This document shows, one piece after another, positions 19,924-30,106 of a stretch of 64,000 bases of DNA. The notes below the pieces were generated by a model that was not told where the DNA came from, searched no databases, and worked only from the letters and a program-made list of their open reading frames with translations. The stretch is from Bacteroidia bacterium (lineage in GTDB: Bacteria > Bacteroidota > Bacteroidia > AKYH767-A > 2013-40CM-41-45). The stretch's first letter is position 1. Each line of letters begins with the position of its first letter. The position numbers and the translations under genes were made by a program. The stretch covers positions 17,189 through 81,188 of the forward strand of contig DAOQWA010000002.1 in assembly GCA_035341855.1 (NCBI GenBank), read 5' to 3'.

Positions 19924-21990
19924 ATGAACCAGAAAACTATCAAGTACACAGCAACTTTTTTTTCAATCTTAGGAATTCTTTTCAGTGGATGTAGTCATAA
20001 CGTAGAAAAGGAACAAGCCAATAATGGTCATGATGATTTTCTTTGGCAATGGATCGATAGCACCTTAAATCCGGGTGATGATTTTTTCAAATTTGCAAGC
20101 GGCAACTGGATGAAAAACAACCCCATCCCTGAAAGTGAAAAACGTTGGGGAATAGCAAACCTTATATACAATGAAAATTATGAAAAGCTGTTAAGCATTT
20201 GTACTGATGCTGCTTCCGATGAGTCATCCAAACAGGGCAGTAACGCACAAAAGATTGGTGACTTCTGGACTACCGCAATGGATACATTGAAAATTGAAGA
20301 ACAGGGAATCACACCACTCTTACCGGTCTTCGAACAGATCGACGCTATAAAAAATAAACAGGATGTACTAGCTACAATAGCCGATTTACAAAAGTTTACC
20401 AGTGACCCTTTATACTATATAGCAATCTACCAGGATGAAATGAATAGCGAAAAAGTTGCTGTTCATTTATATCAGGGTGGTATCGGTATGCCTGACAGGG
20501 ATTATTACTTCAATAATGATCAGAGAACAAAGAAGATTAGAGAGGAGTATCAAATTCATTTGGAAAAAATGTTTTCACTCCTTGGAGAACCTGAAGCAAA
20601 GGCTAAAGCTGCTGCTGCTGTAGTTTACAGAATCGAGAAGCAACTGGCATCTGCATCACGCAAAATTGAAGACCTCCGTGATCCATATTTAAATTACACT
20701 AAAATGTCATCTCCTGAATTTGCTGCTTTCGCCCCGGAGATGGACTGGATGAAATTAAGGGAGCAATTAGATTTTAAAGGACTCGATTCAGTAATAGTCG
20801 CTCAACCTGAGTTCTTCAAAGAAGTGAACAAGAGCTTAAAGAGCACATCCATTGACGATTGGAAAACCTATCTCAAATGGAATGTTCTCAATAACTATGC
20901 TGATAAGCTCAGCTCTGCATTTGAAAAACAGAATTTTGAATTTTATGGCAAGGTATTGTCCGGAGTCACAGAACAAAGGCCAAGATGGAAGCGGGTTCTT
21001 GATGACCAGGAAAATTATCTGGGTGACGCCATGGGTCAGCTCTACGTTTCAAAATATGTTTCGGCCGGTATGAAAGAACGCTACGACAAACTGGTACAGA
21101 ACATGCTCGACACCTACAAAGAACGAATAGAAGGATTATCATGGATGAGCGATGTGACGAAGGAAAATGCAGTGCACAAACTTTCAAAGATCGGCCGCAA
21201 AGTTTGTTACCCTGAAAAATGGAAAGATTATTCTACCCTTGAGATAGCACGAGGATCATTTACGGAAAACGTGATGAATTGTAAGCGATGGCAGTATGCA
21301 TATTATATCAACAAATTAAATAAACCGGTTGACAGAACAGAATGGGAGATGACACCTCAAACGTATAATGCATATTACAATCCTTCCAACAATGAGATCG
21401 TACTGCCTGCAGCCATTTTCCTGATTCCGGGTCTCCCTGATTCACTTGCAGATGATGCCATAATCTATGGTTATGCTGCTGCATCTACGATCGGTCATGA
21501 GCTCACCCATGGATTTGATGATCAGGGAAGGCAATTTGATGCAGATGGAAATCTAAATAACTGGTGGACGGAAGAAGATTCAATAAAATTTTCAAAACAG
21601 GCATTGCTCTTAACAGAACAATTCAGCAATTATATAGTTCTTGATAGCCTCCATATTAATGGTGAAGCTACATTAGGAGAAAACATTGCTGACCTGGGCG
21701 GTGTAGTAATAGGCTATGCAGCTTTCAAAAAAACTGAACAATATAAAAAAGGAGAGAAGATCGATGGTCTGACACCTTCACAAAGATACTTTCTCGGATA
21801 TAGTATGGGTTGGCTCGGTCATTCACGTGATGAAGCTCTTGCAATGCAGGTAATGACCAATGTTCACTCGCCAAATTTCTTAAGAGTGAACGGTCCTTTT
21901 GCAAATGTTCCGGAGTTTTATGAAGCTTTCGGAATACAGGAAGGACGGGCCATGTGGAGACCTGACAGTCTGCGTGTGAGCATTTGGTAA
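19924..21990 (+). CDS. M13 family zinc metallopeptidase (neprilysin/PepO-like) lipoprotein
   Basis: HELTHGFDD zinc-binding HExxH and GENIADLGG motifs. Lipoprotein signal FFSILGILFSGCS. Start trimmed to MNQKT. Confidence 0.88.
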   Translation: MNQKTIKYTATFFSILGILFSGCSHNVEKEQANNGHDDFLWQWIDSTLNPGDDFFKFASGNWMKNNPIPESEKRWGIANLIYNENYEKLLSICTDAASDESSKQGSNAQKIGDFWTTAMDTLKIEEQGITPLLPVFEQIDAIKNKQDVLATIADLQKFTSDPLYYIAIYQDEMNSEKVAVHLYQGGIGMPDRDYYFNNDQRTKKIREEYQIHLEKMFSLLGEPEAKAKAAAAVVYRIEKQLASASRKIEDLRDPYLNYTKMSSPEFAAFAPEMDWMKLREQLDFKGLDSVIVAQPEFFKEVNKSLKSTSIDDWKTYLKWNVLNNYADKLSSAFEKQNFEFYGKVLSGVTEQRPRWKRVLDDQENYLGDAMGQLYVSKYVSAGMKERYDKLVQNMLDTYKERIEGLSWMSDVTKENAVHKLSKIGRKVCYPEKWKDYSTLEIARGSFTENVMNCKRWQYAYYINKLNKPVDRTEWEMTPQTYNAYYNPSNNEIVLPAAIFLIPGLPDSLADDAIIYGYAAASTIGHELTHGFDDQGRQFDADGNLNNWWTEEDSIKFSKQALLLTEQFSNYIVLDSLHINGEATLGENIADLGGVVIGYAAFKKTEQYKKGEKIDGLTPSQRYFLGYSMGWLGHSRDEALAMQVMTNVHSPNFLRVNGPFANVPEFYEAFGIQEGRAMWRPDSLRVSIW

Positions 21991-22122
21991 ATGCCCGTCT
22001 GAAAATTATTTAATCATATTAGTGAACATGATAAATATCAGCTGGTGAATGATGGAGGTCATTAGCCAAGATCAACTCACAATCTAATTTTGGGTTATGA
22101 ACAGAAACCACTAATTCCCAAA

Positions 22123-22686
22123 ATGATGAAAACTCAAAAACTATTTGTCTTTCTTATTGCACTTTTAGCTATCGGTATGATTAGTTGCTCTACAAATTCA
22201 ACCGAAGGAGAATCAGATATGAACGAAAATAATACTTCTGAAGTCCAAACCGGAGGTGGACAGTCTACTGTGCAGGATGATATTTCTCAACCCAATGTGG
22301 TAAAGATCGCAATTGGCTCTAAGGACCATACTACCTTAGTAAAAGCCGTAATTGCTGCTGAACTTGTTGATGCATTATCGAATAATGGACCTTTTACGGT
22401 TTTTGCTCCAACTGACGAAGCCTTTTCAGCATTGCCTGAAGGAGTGCTTTCCGATCTCATGAAAAAGGAGAAAAAAGGCGATCTGGAAAATGTTTTGTAC
22501 AACCACGTGATCGTCGGATCATTCAAAGCAGAAGACTTCCATGACGGACAGGAAATCACACTATTCGGCGGCAAGCGTGTTTTGTTCAGTGTAAAAGATG
22601 GAAAAGTACAAGTTAATGGAGCAAATATATTAGCGACAGTTCCGGCAAGTAATGGATATGTCTTGGTAGTTGACAAGGTACTTTAA
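22123..22686 (+). CDS. fasciclin (FAS1) domain lipoprotein
   Basis: FTVFAPTDEAFSALPEG and NGYVLVVDKVL fasciclin motifs with a lipoprotein signal. ORF-track start is an upstream TTG, trimmed to the ATG. Confidence 0.82.
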   Translation: MMKTQKLFVFLIALLAIGMISCSTNSTEGESDMNENNTSEVQTGGGQSTVQDDISQPNVVKIAIGSKDHTTLVKAVIAAELVDALSNNGPFTVFAPTDEAFSALPEGVLSDLMKKEKKGDLENVLYNHVIVGSFKAEDFHDGQEITLFGGKRVLFSVKDGKVQVNGANILATVPASNGYVLVVDKVL

Positions 22687-22736
22687 GTGTACCATCAAGG
22701 TTTTGAATATTGATTTAGGTTTGTAATAGATGGTGG

Positions 22737-22776
22737 AGCGCCCTTCCGATATTGGAAGGGCTCTTTATTTTTTTTC
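22737..22776. terminator. bidirectional rho-independent terminator between convergent fasciclin and tsaD genes
   Basis: GCGCCCTTCC-gatatt-GGAAGGGC stem followed by a T-run (tttatttttttt). Confidence 0.6.
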
Positions 22777-22799
22777 CATCGAAAACAGACATGAGTGGT

Positions 22800-23834
22800 C
22801 TAGAAAGGCATTCTGGCAACCGGTGCAATTGATAGGTCTGCGTAATCTCCTAGCTTATACTTATAATAGCCGGCAATTGCAATCATTGCAGCATTGTCGG
22901 TACAATACTCAAAAGGAGGAATGTATACCTTCCAATCATTTACTTCGCCTAAACGGAGCAGGTTTTCTCTAAGAAAAGAATTAGCACTGACCCCACCTGA
23001 GATGGCTATTTGACTGATACCCGTCGCAAATGCTGCTTTCTCCAGTTTTTCCAGAAGAATGTCTACGATACACTGTTGTATCGATGCACAAATATCTGCC
23101 TTATTTTTCTCAATAAAATTTGGATCTTTTTCCACCTCATTCTGAATAAAATATAAAAAGGCAGTTTTCAAGCCGCTGAAACTAAAATTCAGATCACTAA
23201 CGTTTGGTTTCGGGAAGCTATATCTTGCAGGGTTAGCATTTGTTGCAAACTTATCGATCAGAGGACCACCGGGGTATGCCAAGCCAAGGATCTTTGCTGC
23301 CTTATCGAAGGCTTCTCCTGCTGCATCATCCAAAGTCTCACCAAGGATCTGCATATCCATAGGGCTATTTACCTTTATGATCTGTGTATGACCACCTGAA
23401 ACGGTAAGACATAAAAAGGGAAAAGCGGGCTTTGAACCTGATTCAGAAGTATTACTTTCAAGAAAATGGGCAAGCACATGACCCTGCATATGATTCACCG
23501 CGATTAATGGAATTCCGAGCCCAAAGGCAAGTGATTTAGCAAAAGCAACCCCGACATGCAATGCCCCCATAAGGCCAGGACCAATTGTGACAGAAACAGC
23601 ATGGAGTTCGTTTTTGGTTATATTTGCCACACGTAAGGCCTCTTCTACTACTAAAACGACTTTTTGCTGATGAGCTCTCGAAGCTAATTCAGGGACAACT
23701 CCTCCAAAAAGACGGTGAATCATGTTCTGATTCGCAATGATATTAGAAAGTTCCTTTCTATTACAAGTTACAGCAGCAGCAGTCTCGTCGCAGGAAGATT
23801 CAATACCAAGGATATAAATCGGAGTGTCAGACAC
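22800..23834 (-). CDS. tsaD: tRNA N6-adenosine threonylcarbamoyltransferase TsaD
   Basis: N-terminus ILGIESSCDETAAAV and a Kae1/YgjD fold pattern, 344 aa. Confidence 0.92.
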   Translation of the reverse strand: MSDTPIYILGIESSCDETAAAVTCNRKELSNIIANQNMIHRLFGGVVPELASRAHQQKVVLVVEEALRVANITKNELHAVSVTIGPGLMGALHVGVAFAKSLAFGLGIPLIAVNHMQGHVLAHFLESNTSESGSKPAFPFLCLTVSGGHTQIIKVNSPMDMQILGETLDDAAGEAFDKAAKILGLAYPGGPLIDKFATNANPARYSFPKPNVSDLNFSFSGLKTAFLYFIQNEVEKDPNFIEKNKADICASIQQCIVDILLEKLEKAAFATGISQIAISGGVSANSFLRENLLRLGEVNDWKVYIPPFEYCTDNAAMIAIAGYYKYKLGDYADLSIAPVARMPF

Positions 23835-23908
23835 GGTATGATAGTTGCAATATTATAGTTAGCAGATTTTCAAAAACCAAAAGTATCAAAAAAATTAAGC
23901 GCTTTTTA

Positions 23909-26900
23909 TTGTGGACAATAGGAATAGTATTACTAATCCTTTGTAGCTTTTTTGTGCTTATACAATTTTCTCCATTTCAAACCTGGCTTGCAAAACAACT
24001 TACACAGTATTTATCGGATGAACTGAAAACTACTATAACAATTGACAAGGTGCATGTCGATTTTTTAGCAGGATTTACTCTAACAGGTGTTTATATGGAG
24101 GATCTGCATAAAGACACTCTGCTTTACGCAGATCAGATTGAACTTCGCGTAAAAGATTTTAGTTCTGCGGATCGAAAAATTATCATTAAACGAATTGAAT
24201 TAGACAAGGCGAAATTTCATCTTAATCTTTATTCAGGTGAGAAGCATGATAATATCTTTTTTCTGATTGAATATTTTTCAGGCAATGATACCACCACTCA
24301 AACGAGTGAAGCAGCTTGGGATATACGCTTTGAAAACATCAAACTGACGAATGTTTCTTTTAAACGTTGGATTGAAGGTGATAGCGTTTCACCTGTTGGA
24401 ATTAATTTTTCTGATCTGGCAATCAGGGATATTAATGGCGAAATGAAGAACATGTTTTTTTCAGGGGATTCTCTTTTTGTTGATATTAAAAAACTCTCAT
24501 TCTATGAAAAGAGTGGTTTTAAAATAGATGATTTTCATACTGATGCAAAAATCGCCTCGGATCAAATGAGCTTTCAATCACTCTATATAAAGTCTCCAAA
24601 TACAGAAATCAACGGAAACCTTATTTTCGAGTATGATAGTTTCGCCGACTTCAATTGGTTTACTAAGTTAATTCACTGGAAAGCCGACTTCGCGAACACA
24701 CATGTTTCCTTTCAGGACATTTCATATTTTGCTCATGATATATGGGGCATTAAGAATGTTCTTAGCCTGGAAGGAAACTTTAAAGGTACGGTCAATAAGT
24801 TCAAAGGTAAGAATGTAGAATTGCGTTGGGGTGAAAAATCATACCTGAAAGGAAACGTTGGACTATATGGTTTGCCCTATATCTCTGAAACCTTTATGGA
24901 TGTACAGGCTGATGAAATCCTGACAAATAAAAAGGATATCGAAATCTTTCCGACATACCCGTTCACGGAAGGCAAAACACTCAGGCTTCCGGATAATATG
25001 TCGGAATTGGGAGATGTAAAGTTCAATGGAAAGTTTACAGGATTCTATAGTGACTTCGTTGCATACGGAAACATTCGAACTGAGCTTGGATATCTTTCTT
25101 CTGACTTAAACTTAAAGCATGACCGCAAAACTTCAAATTACATATATCAGGGACATTTATCTGCCACACAATTTGATGTCGGAAGGTTAACGGCGATCCC
25201 GGATATAGGGAGTGTTTCATTCAATGCACAGGTAAAAGGAAGCGGCCTGCACCTTGAAAAAATTGATGCAAGAATGACCGGAACCATTCAATCTATTGAA
25301 TACCGGAAATACGCTTATCGCAATATCAAGGTTGATGGTGAACTTTCAAAAAGAATGTTCAATGGTGTTCTTTCGATCCATGAGCCAAATCTTGGTCTTG
25401 ATTTTCAAGGAGCAATAGATTTTAGAGACACGCTGCCACTTTTTAATTTCAAAGCTGTTGTTGATAAAGCAAATCTCGATTCACTGAACCTTCTCAAATT
25501 ACCAAATGAAAATGTACTTAGTACATCTATCACAAGTTCTCTAAGAGGAAATCGTTTGGACAATCTTGAGGGAACAGTTGATATTAGTAATTCCTATATG
25601 AGATCCGGCTCTTCAATGTATCATATAAGGAATGTCAGTTTATCCGCCCAAAAAGACGACGAGGTGAATAAAAGTTTAATTCTCAATTCTGACTTTATGA
25701 ATGCCAATATCAGGGGTCAATTTGAGTTGGCAACCTTGTTTGATGCATTCAAAGAAATACTCCCAAGATATCTTCCATCGGTAATATTGCCGGTCAACTC
25801 TGACCCCGGGAAGCAAAATTTTAAATTTGACATTCATTTAAAGAACACTTCCATTATTACTGAACTTTTCTTGCCGTCCTGGACATTAGACCCTATGACA
25901 ACTTTGAAAGGTGCAGTGAACACAAACAATAGCACTTTCAATTTACAATTAAACTCTCCAAGTATTCGATATAATAATCTGGCTTTTCAATCATTAGGGG
26001 TAGACATAAATGCAAACAACAGGGAGCTCACATTAAATGCTAATGTGGCCAGGTTTAACTTCACAGAAAATGCATTTATTCCTCAGATAACCATTCGTTC
26101 AAGTGCCAGAAACAATTTTGTTCAATCTGATCTCCAATTAGCCAACTCAGATTCCTTTCCTAATCGTGCGCACCTGAAAGCAGGTATGGAATTTTATTCA
26201 TCTAGCCGTTTTGATTTGAAATTTGATTCCTCGATAATAATCCTCAGAAATAAATTGTGGAATATCAATGCGGCAAATATTGTTGCATTTGATACCAGTT
26301 CAATCAGGTTTAGCAGCTTAAGCTTTAGCAATAGTCTGGAATCTGTCGAAGTTGATGGTATCATAGGAAAATCCATTGAAGAAAACCTGGGACTCACATT
26401 CCAAAATTTCGACCTTAATAATCTTGACCCATTGTTTCAACTGGGAAAAAGCAGGCTAGGAGGTACAATCAATGGGAATATGGTGTTGAACGAAGCTAGA
26501 AAAAACCTTAAAGCCGAGACAGATTTAGTCATTTCAAATCTTGTTCTTAACGGTGATACATTAGGAAACGCAAGTTTGGTTTCGCGCTACAATAATGAAC
26601 ATAAAATTGTTGTTGCTAATGTGGGTATTACCAAAGGTACGGCCAAGATCCTGGAGTTAAAAGGAAATTACTACGCTGCCAAGAAGGATGACAACCTTGA
26701 TTTTGACATGAAAATTTCAAACTTTTATTTACAAACCATTGAACCCTATATTGACGAAGTTCTCTCAGATGTGAGAGGAAAAGTGTCTGCGAACTTAAAA
26801 TTAACGGGAACTTTAGAAAAGCCGGTTATTGAAGGTAATGTTGATCTCATCAGAGCAACTTGTGTGGTCAACTATCTAAATACTAAATATAGCCTGAGCA

Positions 26901-28303
26901 ATACTGTAAAGGTGAAAAAAAACCTCTTTGATCTAAATGGAGTTACTGTCATTGATAAAGATAATAATGAAGCGAAAGTAAAAGGTAAAATCACACATGA
27001 TTTTTTCGATCATTTTGCCTTTGATGTTGAAGTATACCCGAATAACTTTCAAATGCTCAACACAAGTTATGCTCAAAACTCTCTCTATTATGGAAATGCA
27101 GTAGTATCCGGCTATGCACATTTCTACGGTCCTTTACAACTGATTGGAATGGATATTAACCTTGTACCCGCAAGAGGTACCATAATAAATATTCCTTTGA
27201 GTAATTCATCAGAGGTAACACAAAGTGATTTTATCACCTTTGTGGACCACTCCAAAAATTACGAATATGACGAAAAGCCTAGAACACTTGTCACTAACTC
27301 AGGTATTCGTCTGAATATGAATCTGGATATGAATCCTTCTGCTACTATCAACCTCATATTTGATGAAAAAATAGGTGACGTAATTTCAGGTACCGGTGAT
27401 GGAAGCATCAGAATGGATATAGATCAGAATGGTGTGTTCACCATGTATGGTACTTATACAATTTCAAAGGGTGAATACCTTTTTACTTTACAGAATCTTA
27501 TCAATAAGAAATTCAATATTGATTCGGGAAGCAGAATCACCTGGGCGGGAGACCCATATGAAGCAAACGTAGATTTATCTGCAGTTTACGTTTTGTACAC
27601 TTCCTCATTATACAATTTAGTTCAGGACTCTACTTATAAAAGAAGGTTACCTGTAGAATGTCGTTTGATGCTGAGTAATAAACTCCTTAACCCAACAATC
27701 AATTACGACATCAATGTCCGTGGATTAGACCCTGCAGGAGAAAGTATTGTAAAAAGTATACTTACTTCTGAGCAGGAGGTAAGCAAACAGATGTTTAGCC
27801 TCTTATTATTAAATCAATTTTCACCACCTTCCAACCAATCTGCTTCTTCCTCCAGGATCGATGCCGGTGCCGGTGCCGGTGCAAGTGCGTCAGAATTATT
27901 GAGTAATCAAGTCAGTAATTGGCTGGGAAGACTGAGTAAGGATGTTAACATTGGAATAAATTATCGGTCAAGAGATAATTATAGCAATGAAGAGATCCAG
28001 CTTTTATTTGCGAAATCACTTTTCAATGACAGACTTTTAGTTGAAGGCAATGTGGGATATATGAGTAATCAAAGTCAAAACACGAACGATCTTGTCGGAG
28101 ATTTTTATGCAGAATACAAAGTGAGTGAGGATGGTCGCTTTCGCTTAAAGGGATTCAACCGTTCAAACGCAGATAATGTCTTAAATTATTCAGCACCCTA
28201 TACCCAAGGATTCGGAATTTTTTTCAGGCAAGAATTTAATAATGCAAGAGATCTATTGCAACGATTAAAAATTATTAACAGGAAGTCTGATGGTGAAAAT
28301 TAA
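23909..28303 (+). CDS. tamB: translocation and assembly module protein TamB (DUF490/AsmA-like)
   Basis: 1464 aa with N-terminal signal-anchor and a long beta-rich body. Typically found divergent from tsaD. Apparent non-ATG (TTG) start. Confidence 0.8.
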   Translation: MWTIGIVLLILCSFFVLIQFSPFQTWLAKQLTQYLSDELKTTITIDKVHVDFLAGFTLTGVYMEDLHKDTLLYADQIELRVKDFSSADRKIIIKRIELDKAKFHLNLYSGEKHDNIFFLIEYFSGNDTTTQTSEAAWDIRFENIKLTNVSFKRWIEGDSVSPVGINFSDLAIRDINGEMKNMFFSGDSLFVDIKKLSFYEKSGFKIDDFHTDAKIASDQMSFQSLYIKSPNTEINGNLIFEYDSFADFNWFTKLIHWKADFANTHVSFQDISYFAHDIWGIKNVLSLEGNFKGTVNKFKGKNVELRWGEKSYLKGNVGLYGLPYISETFMDVQADEILTNKKDIEIFPTYPFTEGKTLRLPDNMSELGDVKFNGKFTGFYSDFVAYGNIRTELGYLSSDLNLKHDRKTSNYIYQGHLSATQFDVGRLTAIPDIGSVSFNAQVKGSGLHLEKIDARMTGTIQSIEYRKYAYRNIKVDGELSKRMFNGVLSIHEPNLGLDFQGAIDFRDTLPLFNFKAVVDKANLDSLNLLKLPNENVLSTSITSSLRGNRLDNLEGTVDISNSYMRSGSSMYHIRNVSLSAQKDDEVNKSLILNSDFMNANIRGQFELATLFDAFKEILPRYLPSVILPVNSDPGKQNFKFDIHLKNTSIITELFLPSWTLDPMTTLKGAVNTNNSTFNLQLNSPSIRYNNLAFQSLGVDINANNRELTLNANVARFNFTENAFIPQITIRSSARNNFVQSDLQLANSDSFPNRAHLKAGMEFYSSSRFDLKFDSSIIILRNKLWNINAANIVAFDTSSIRFSSLSFSNSLESVEVDGIIGKSIEENLGLTFQNFDLNNLDPLFQLGKSRLGGTINGNMVLNEARKNLKAETDLVISNLVLNGDTLGNASLVSRYNNEHKIVVANVGITKGTAKILELKGNYYAAKKDDNLDFDMKISNFYLQTIEPYIDEVLSDVRGKVSANLKLTGTLEKPVIEGNVDLIRATCVVNYLNTKYSLSNTVKVKKNLFDLNGVTVIDKDNNEAKVKGKITHDFFDHFAFDVEVYPNNFQMLNTSYAQNSLYYGNAVVSGYAHFYGPLQLIGMDINLVPARGTIINIPLSNSSEVTQSDFITFVDHSKNYEYDEKPRTLVTNSGIRLNMNLDMNPSATINLIFDEKIGDVISGTGDGSIRMDIDQNGVFTMYGTYTISKGEYLFTLQNLINKKFNIDSGSRITWAGDPYEANVDLSAVYVLYTSSLYNLVQDSTYKRRLPVECRLMLSNKLLNPTINYDINVRGLDPAGESIVKSILTSEQEVSKQMFSLLLLNQFSPPSNQSASSSRIDAGAGAGASASELLSNQVSNWLGRLSKDVNIGINYRSRDNYSNEEIQLLFAKSLFNDRLLVEGNVGYMSNQSQNTNDLVGDFYAEYKVSEDGRFRLKGFNRSNADNVLNYSAPYTQGFGIFFRQEFNNARDLLQRLKIINRKSDGEN

Positions 28304-28330
28304 TAAAGGAATAGTCTTTTATTGAAAACA

Positions 28331-28362
28331 AAAAAACCGAACCTTAGGGGGTTCGGTTTTTT
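28331..28362 (+). terminator. rho-independent terminator of tamB
   Basis: AACCGAACC-ttaggg-GGTTCGGTT 9-bp stem followed by a T-run. Confidence 0.75.
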
Positions 28363-28541
28363 GTGATCAACCTGATTAGGTTGTCATTTGTGTTCAACCA
28401 TATGTGTTTCTGTTTGCGTTTATACAATGATACAATTTGAAAAAAAACTTGTCGGCCATTTTTGTCCTTTATCTTACACTAATAAAAATATATTTCATCT
28501 CCCAGAATTTTTTAACAGCAATGGAATGGTACAAAAAGAAC

Positions 28542-28600
28542 AAACGCTGCCGAGCCTTACGGGGCTGTGCAGCGTTTGAGAGTAACCTTACGGGGTTACC
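28542..28600 (+). other. candidate structured RNA or cis-regulatory element: two adjacent hairpins with identical TTACGG loops
   Basis: AAACGCTGC...GCAGCGTTT 9-bp stem enclosing AGCC-TTACGG-GGCT. Immediately followed by GTAACC-TTACGG-GGTTAC. Lies in a 550-bp ORF-poor spacer. Confidence 0.3.
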
Positions 28601-28856
28601 GGTAAACCATACGCTTTTGTCTAGGTTTATAATACAATGATAAGGCATCAGAAACAGGCCATGTCAGCCATCAGAAGCATTTCATTACAGATGCAAGCAA
28701 TTTTCAAATACTGATTGAAATACACCTAAAATTCCTCTATTTACTCCAGGAAAACGAAATTTGAGAAATAATGGGTCAAAACATCCTGCAAGATTTCATT
28801 AATTAGAAGAGAAAATAGCTATAAAAAATTAGAAAAACTGTTCCACAGAACTTTGC

Positions 28857-28864
28857 TAACTTTG
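28857..28864 (+). promoter_or_regulatory. Bacteroidetes sigma-A -7 box (TAnnTTTG) upstream of ribBA
   Basis: TAACTTTG lies 22 nt upstream of the ribBA ATG at 28886. Confidence 0.4.
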
Positions 28865-28885
28865 CAGCAACATTATATTCAATCT

Positions 28886-30100
28886 ATGTTCCAGCTAAAT
28901 ACAATTGAAGAAGCAATAAATGACCTGAAGGCAGGTAAGGCAATCATTGTCGTTGATGATGCCAACAGAGAAAATGAAGGTGATTTTATCGTTCCTGCTG
29001 AAATGGCTACTCCGGAGATAATAAATTTTATGGCCACTCATGGAAGAGGTTTAATCTGTGTTGCACTAACCGAAGAACGATGTCAGCAATTAGATCTCAA
29101 TTTGATGGTTCAAAAGAATACATCCTCACACGAAACACAATTTACTGTATCTGTGGATCTTTTGGGGTTTGGAACAACGACGGGCATTTCCGCAAGCGAT
29201 CGGTCAAAAACCGTTCGTGCGCTAATAGATCCAAAAACTAAAAAAGAAGATCTAGGTCGGCCCGGGCATATTTTTCCTCTGATTGCCAAGAAAGGTGGAG
29301 TCTTACGCAGGACCGGGCATACCGAAGCAACAGTAGATCTTTCCAGGCTGGCAGGATTTCAACCTGCAGGGGCACTTGTTGAAATCATGAACGAGGATGG
29401 CACAATGGCCCGCCTTCCGGATTTGATCAAAATTTCTGAAAAGTTCGATTTGAAAATTATCAGCATAGAAGATTTGATAGCGTATAGGTTAAAAAAGGAG
29501 AGCCTTATTGAAAAAGAAGTTACTGTTAAACTTCCAACTACCTGGGGTGATTTTAATTTACATGCCTACCGGCAAATTACAACCGGGCAGGAACATCTCG
29601 CCCTTGTAAAAGGAGAATGGAAATCTGATGAGCCTGTTCTTGTAAGAGTTCACTCTTCCTGTCTTACCGGTGATATCTTCGGATCATGCCGCTGTGATTG
29701 TGGGCCGCAACTACATGCCTCAATGACCATGATCGAGAAGGAAGGACGAGGCGTAATCGTCTACATGAATCAAGAGGGCAGGGGTATTGGTCTTTTGAAT
29801 AAACTCAAAGCCTATAAACTCCAGGAAAACGGATTGGATACTGTCGAAGCAAATATTGAGTTAGGCTTTGAGAGTGATGAAAGAGACTATGGTGTTGGCG
29901 CACAAATACTCCGAGACCTTGGCGTTTCAAAGATGCGCTTGATGACCAACAATCCTAAAAAAAGAGCAGGACTTATCGGTTACGGTTTAGAGATTACTGA
30001 AGTTGTACCGATTGAAATGGAGTCAAATCAGTATAATCATTCCTACCTTCAGACAAAGCGGGATAAGCTGGGACATGATATACGTATGGTGAAAGATTGA
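28886..30100 (+). CDS. ribBA: bifunctional 3,4-dihydroxy-2-butanone-4-phosphate synthase / GTP cyclohydrolase II
   Basis: DHBP synthase motifs (RENEGD, GHTEA) followed by GTP cyclohydrolase II motifs (CxCxxxxxxxC-like [16 protein letters not shown]). Confidence 0.93.
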   Translation: MFQLNTIEEAINDLKAGKAIIVVDDANRENEGDFIVPAEMATPEIINFMATHGRGLICVALTEERCQQLDLNLMVQKNTSSHETQFTVSVDLLGFGTTTGISASDRSKTVRALIDPKTKKEDLGRPGHIFPLIAKKGGVLRRTGHTEATVDLSRLAGFQPAGALVEIMNEDGTMARLPDLIKISEKFDLKIISIEDLIAYRLKKESLIEKEVTVKLPTTWGDFNLHAYRQITTGQEHLALVKGEWKSDEPVLVRVHSSCLTGDIFGSCRCDCGPQLHASMTMIEKEGRGVIVYMNQEGRGIGLLNKLKAYKLQENGLDTVEANIELGFESDERDYGVGAQILRDLGVSKMRLMTNNPKKRAGLIGYGLEITEVVPIEMESNQYNHSYLQTKRDKLGHDIRMVKD

Positions 30101-30106
30101 TTTGCA

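Noticed and set aside
28388-28640. Two small ORFs (63 and 67 aa) in the tamB-ribBA spacer
   Set aside because: They are AT-rich, overlap one another, and are interrupted by strong RNA-type palindromes. They have no -7 box or RBS context. More likely they reflect a non-coding structured region than peptides.
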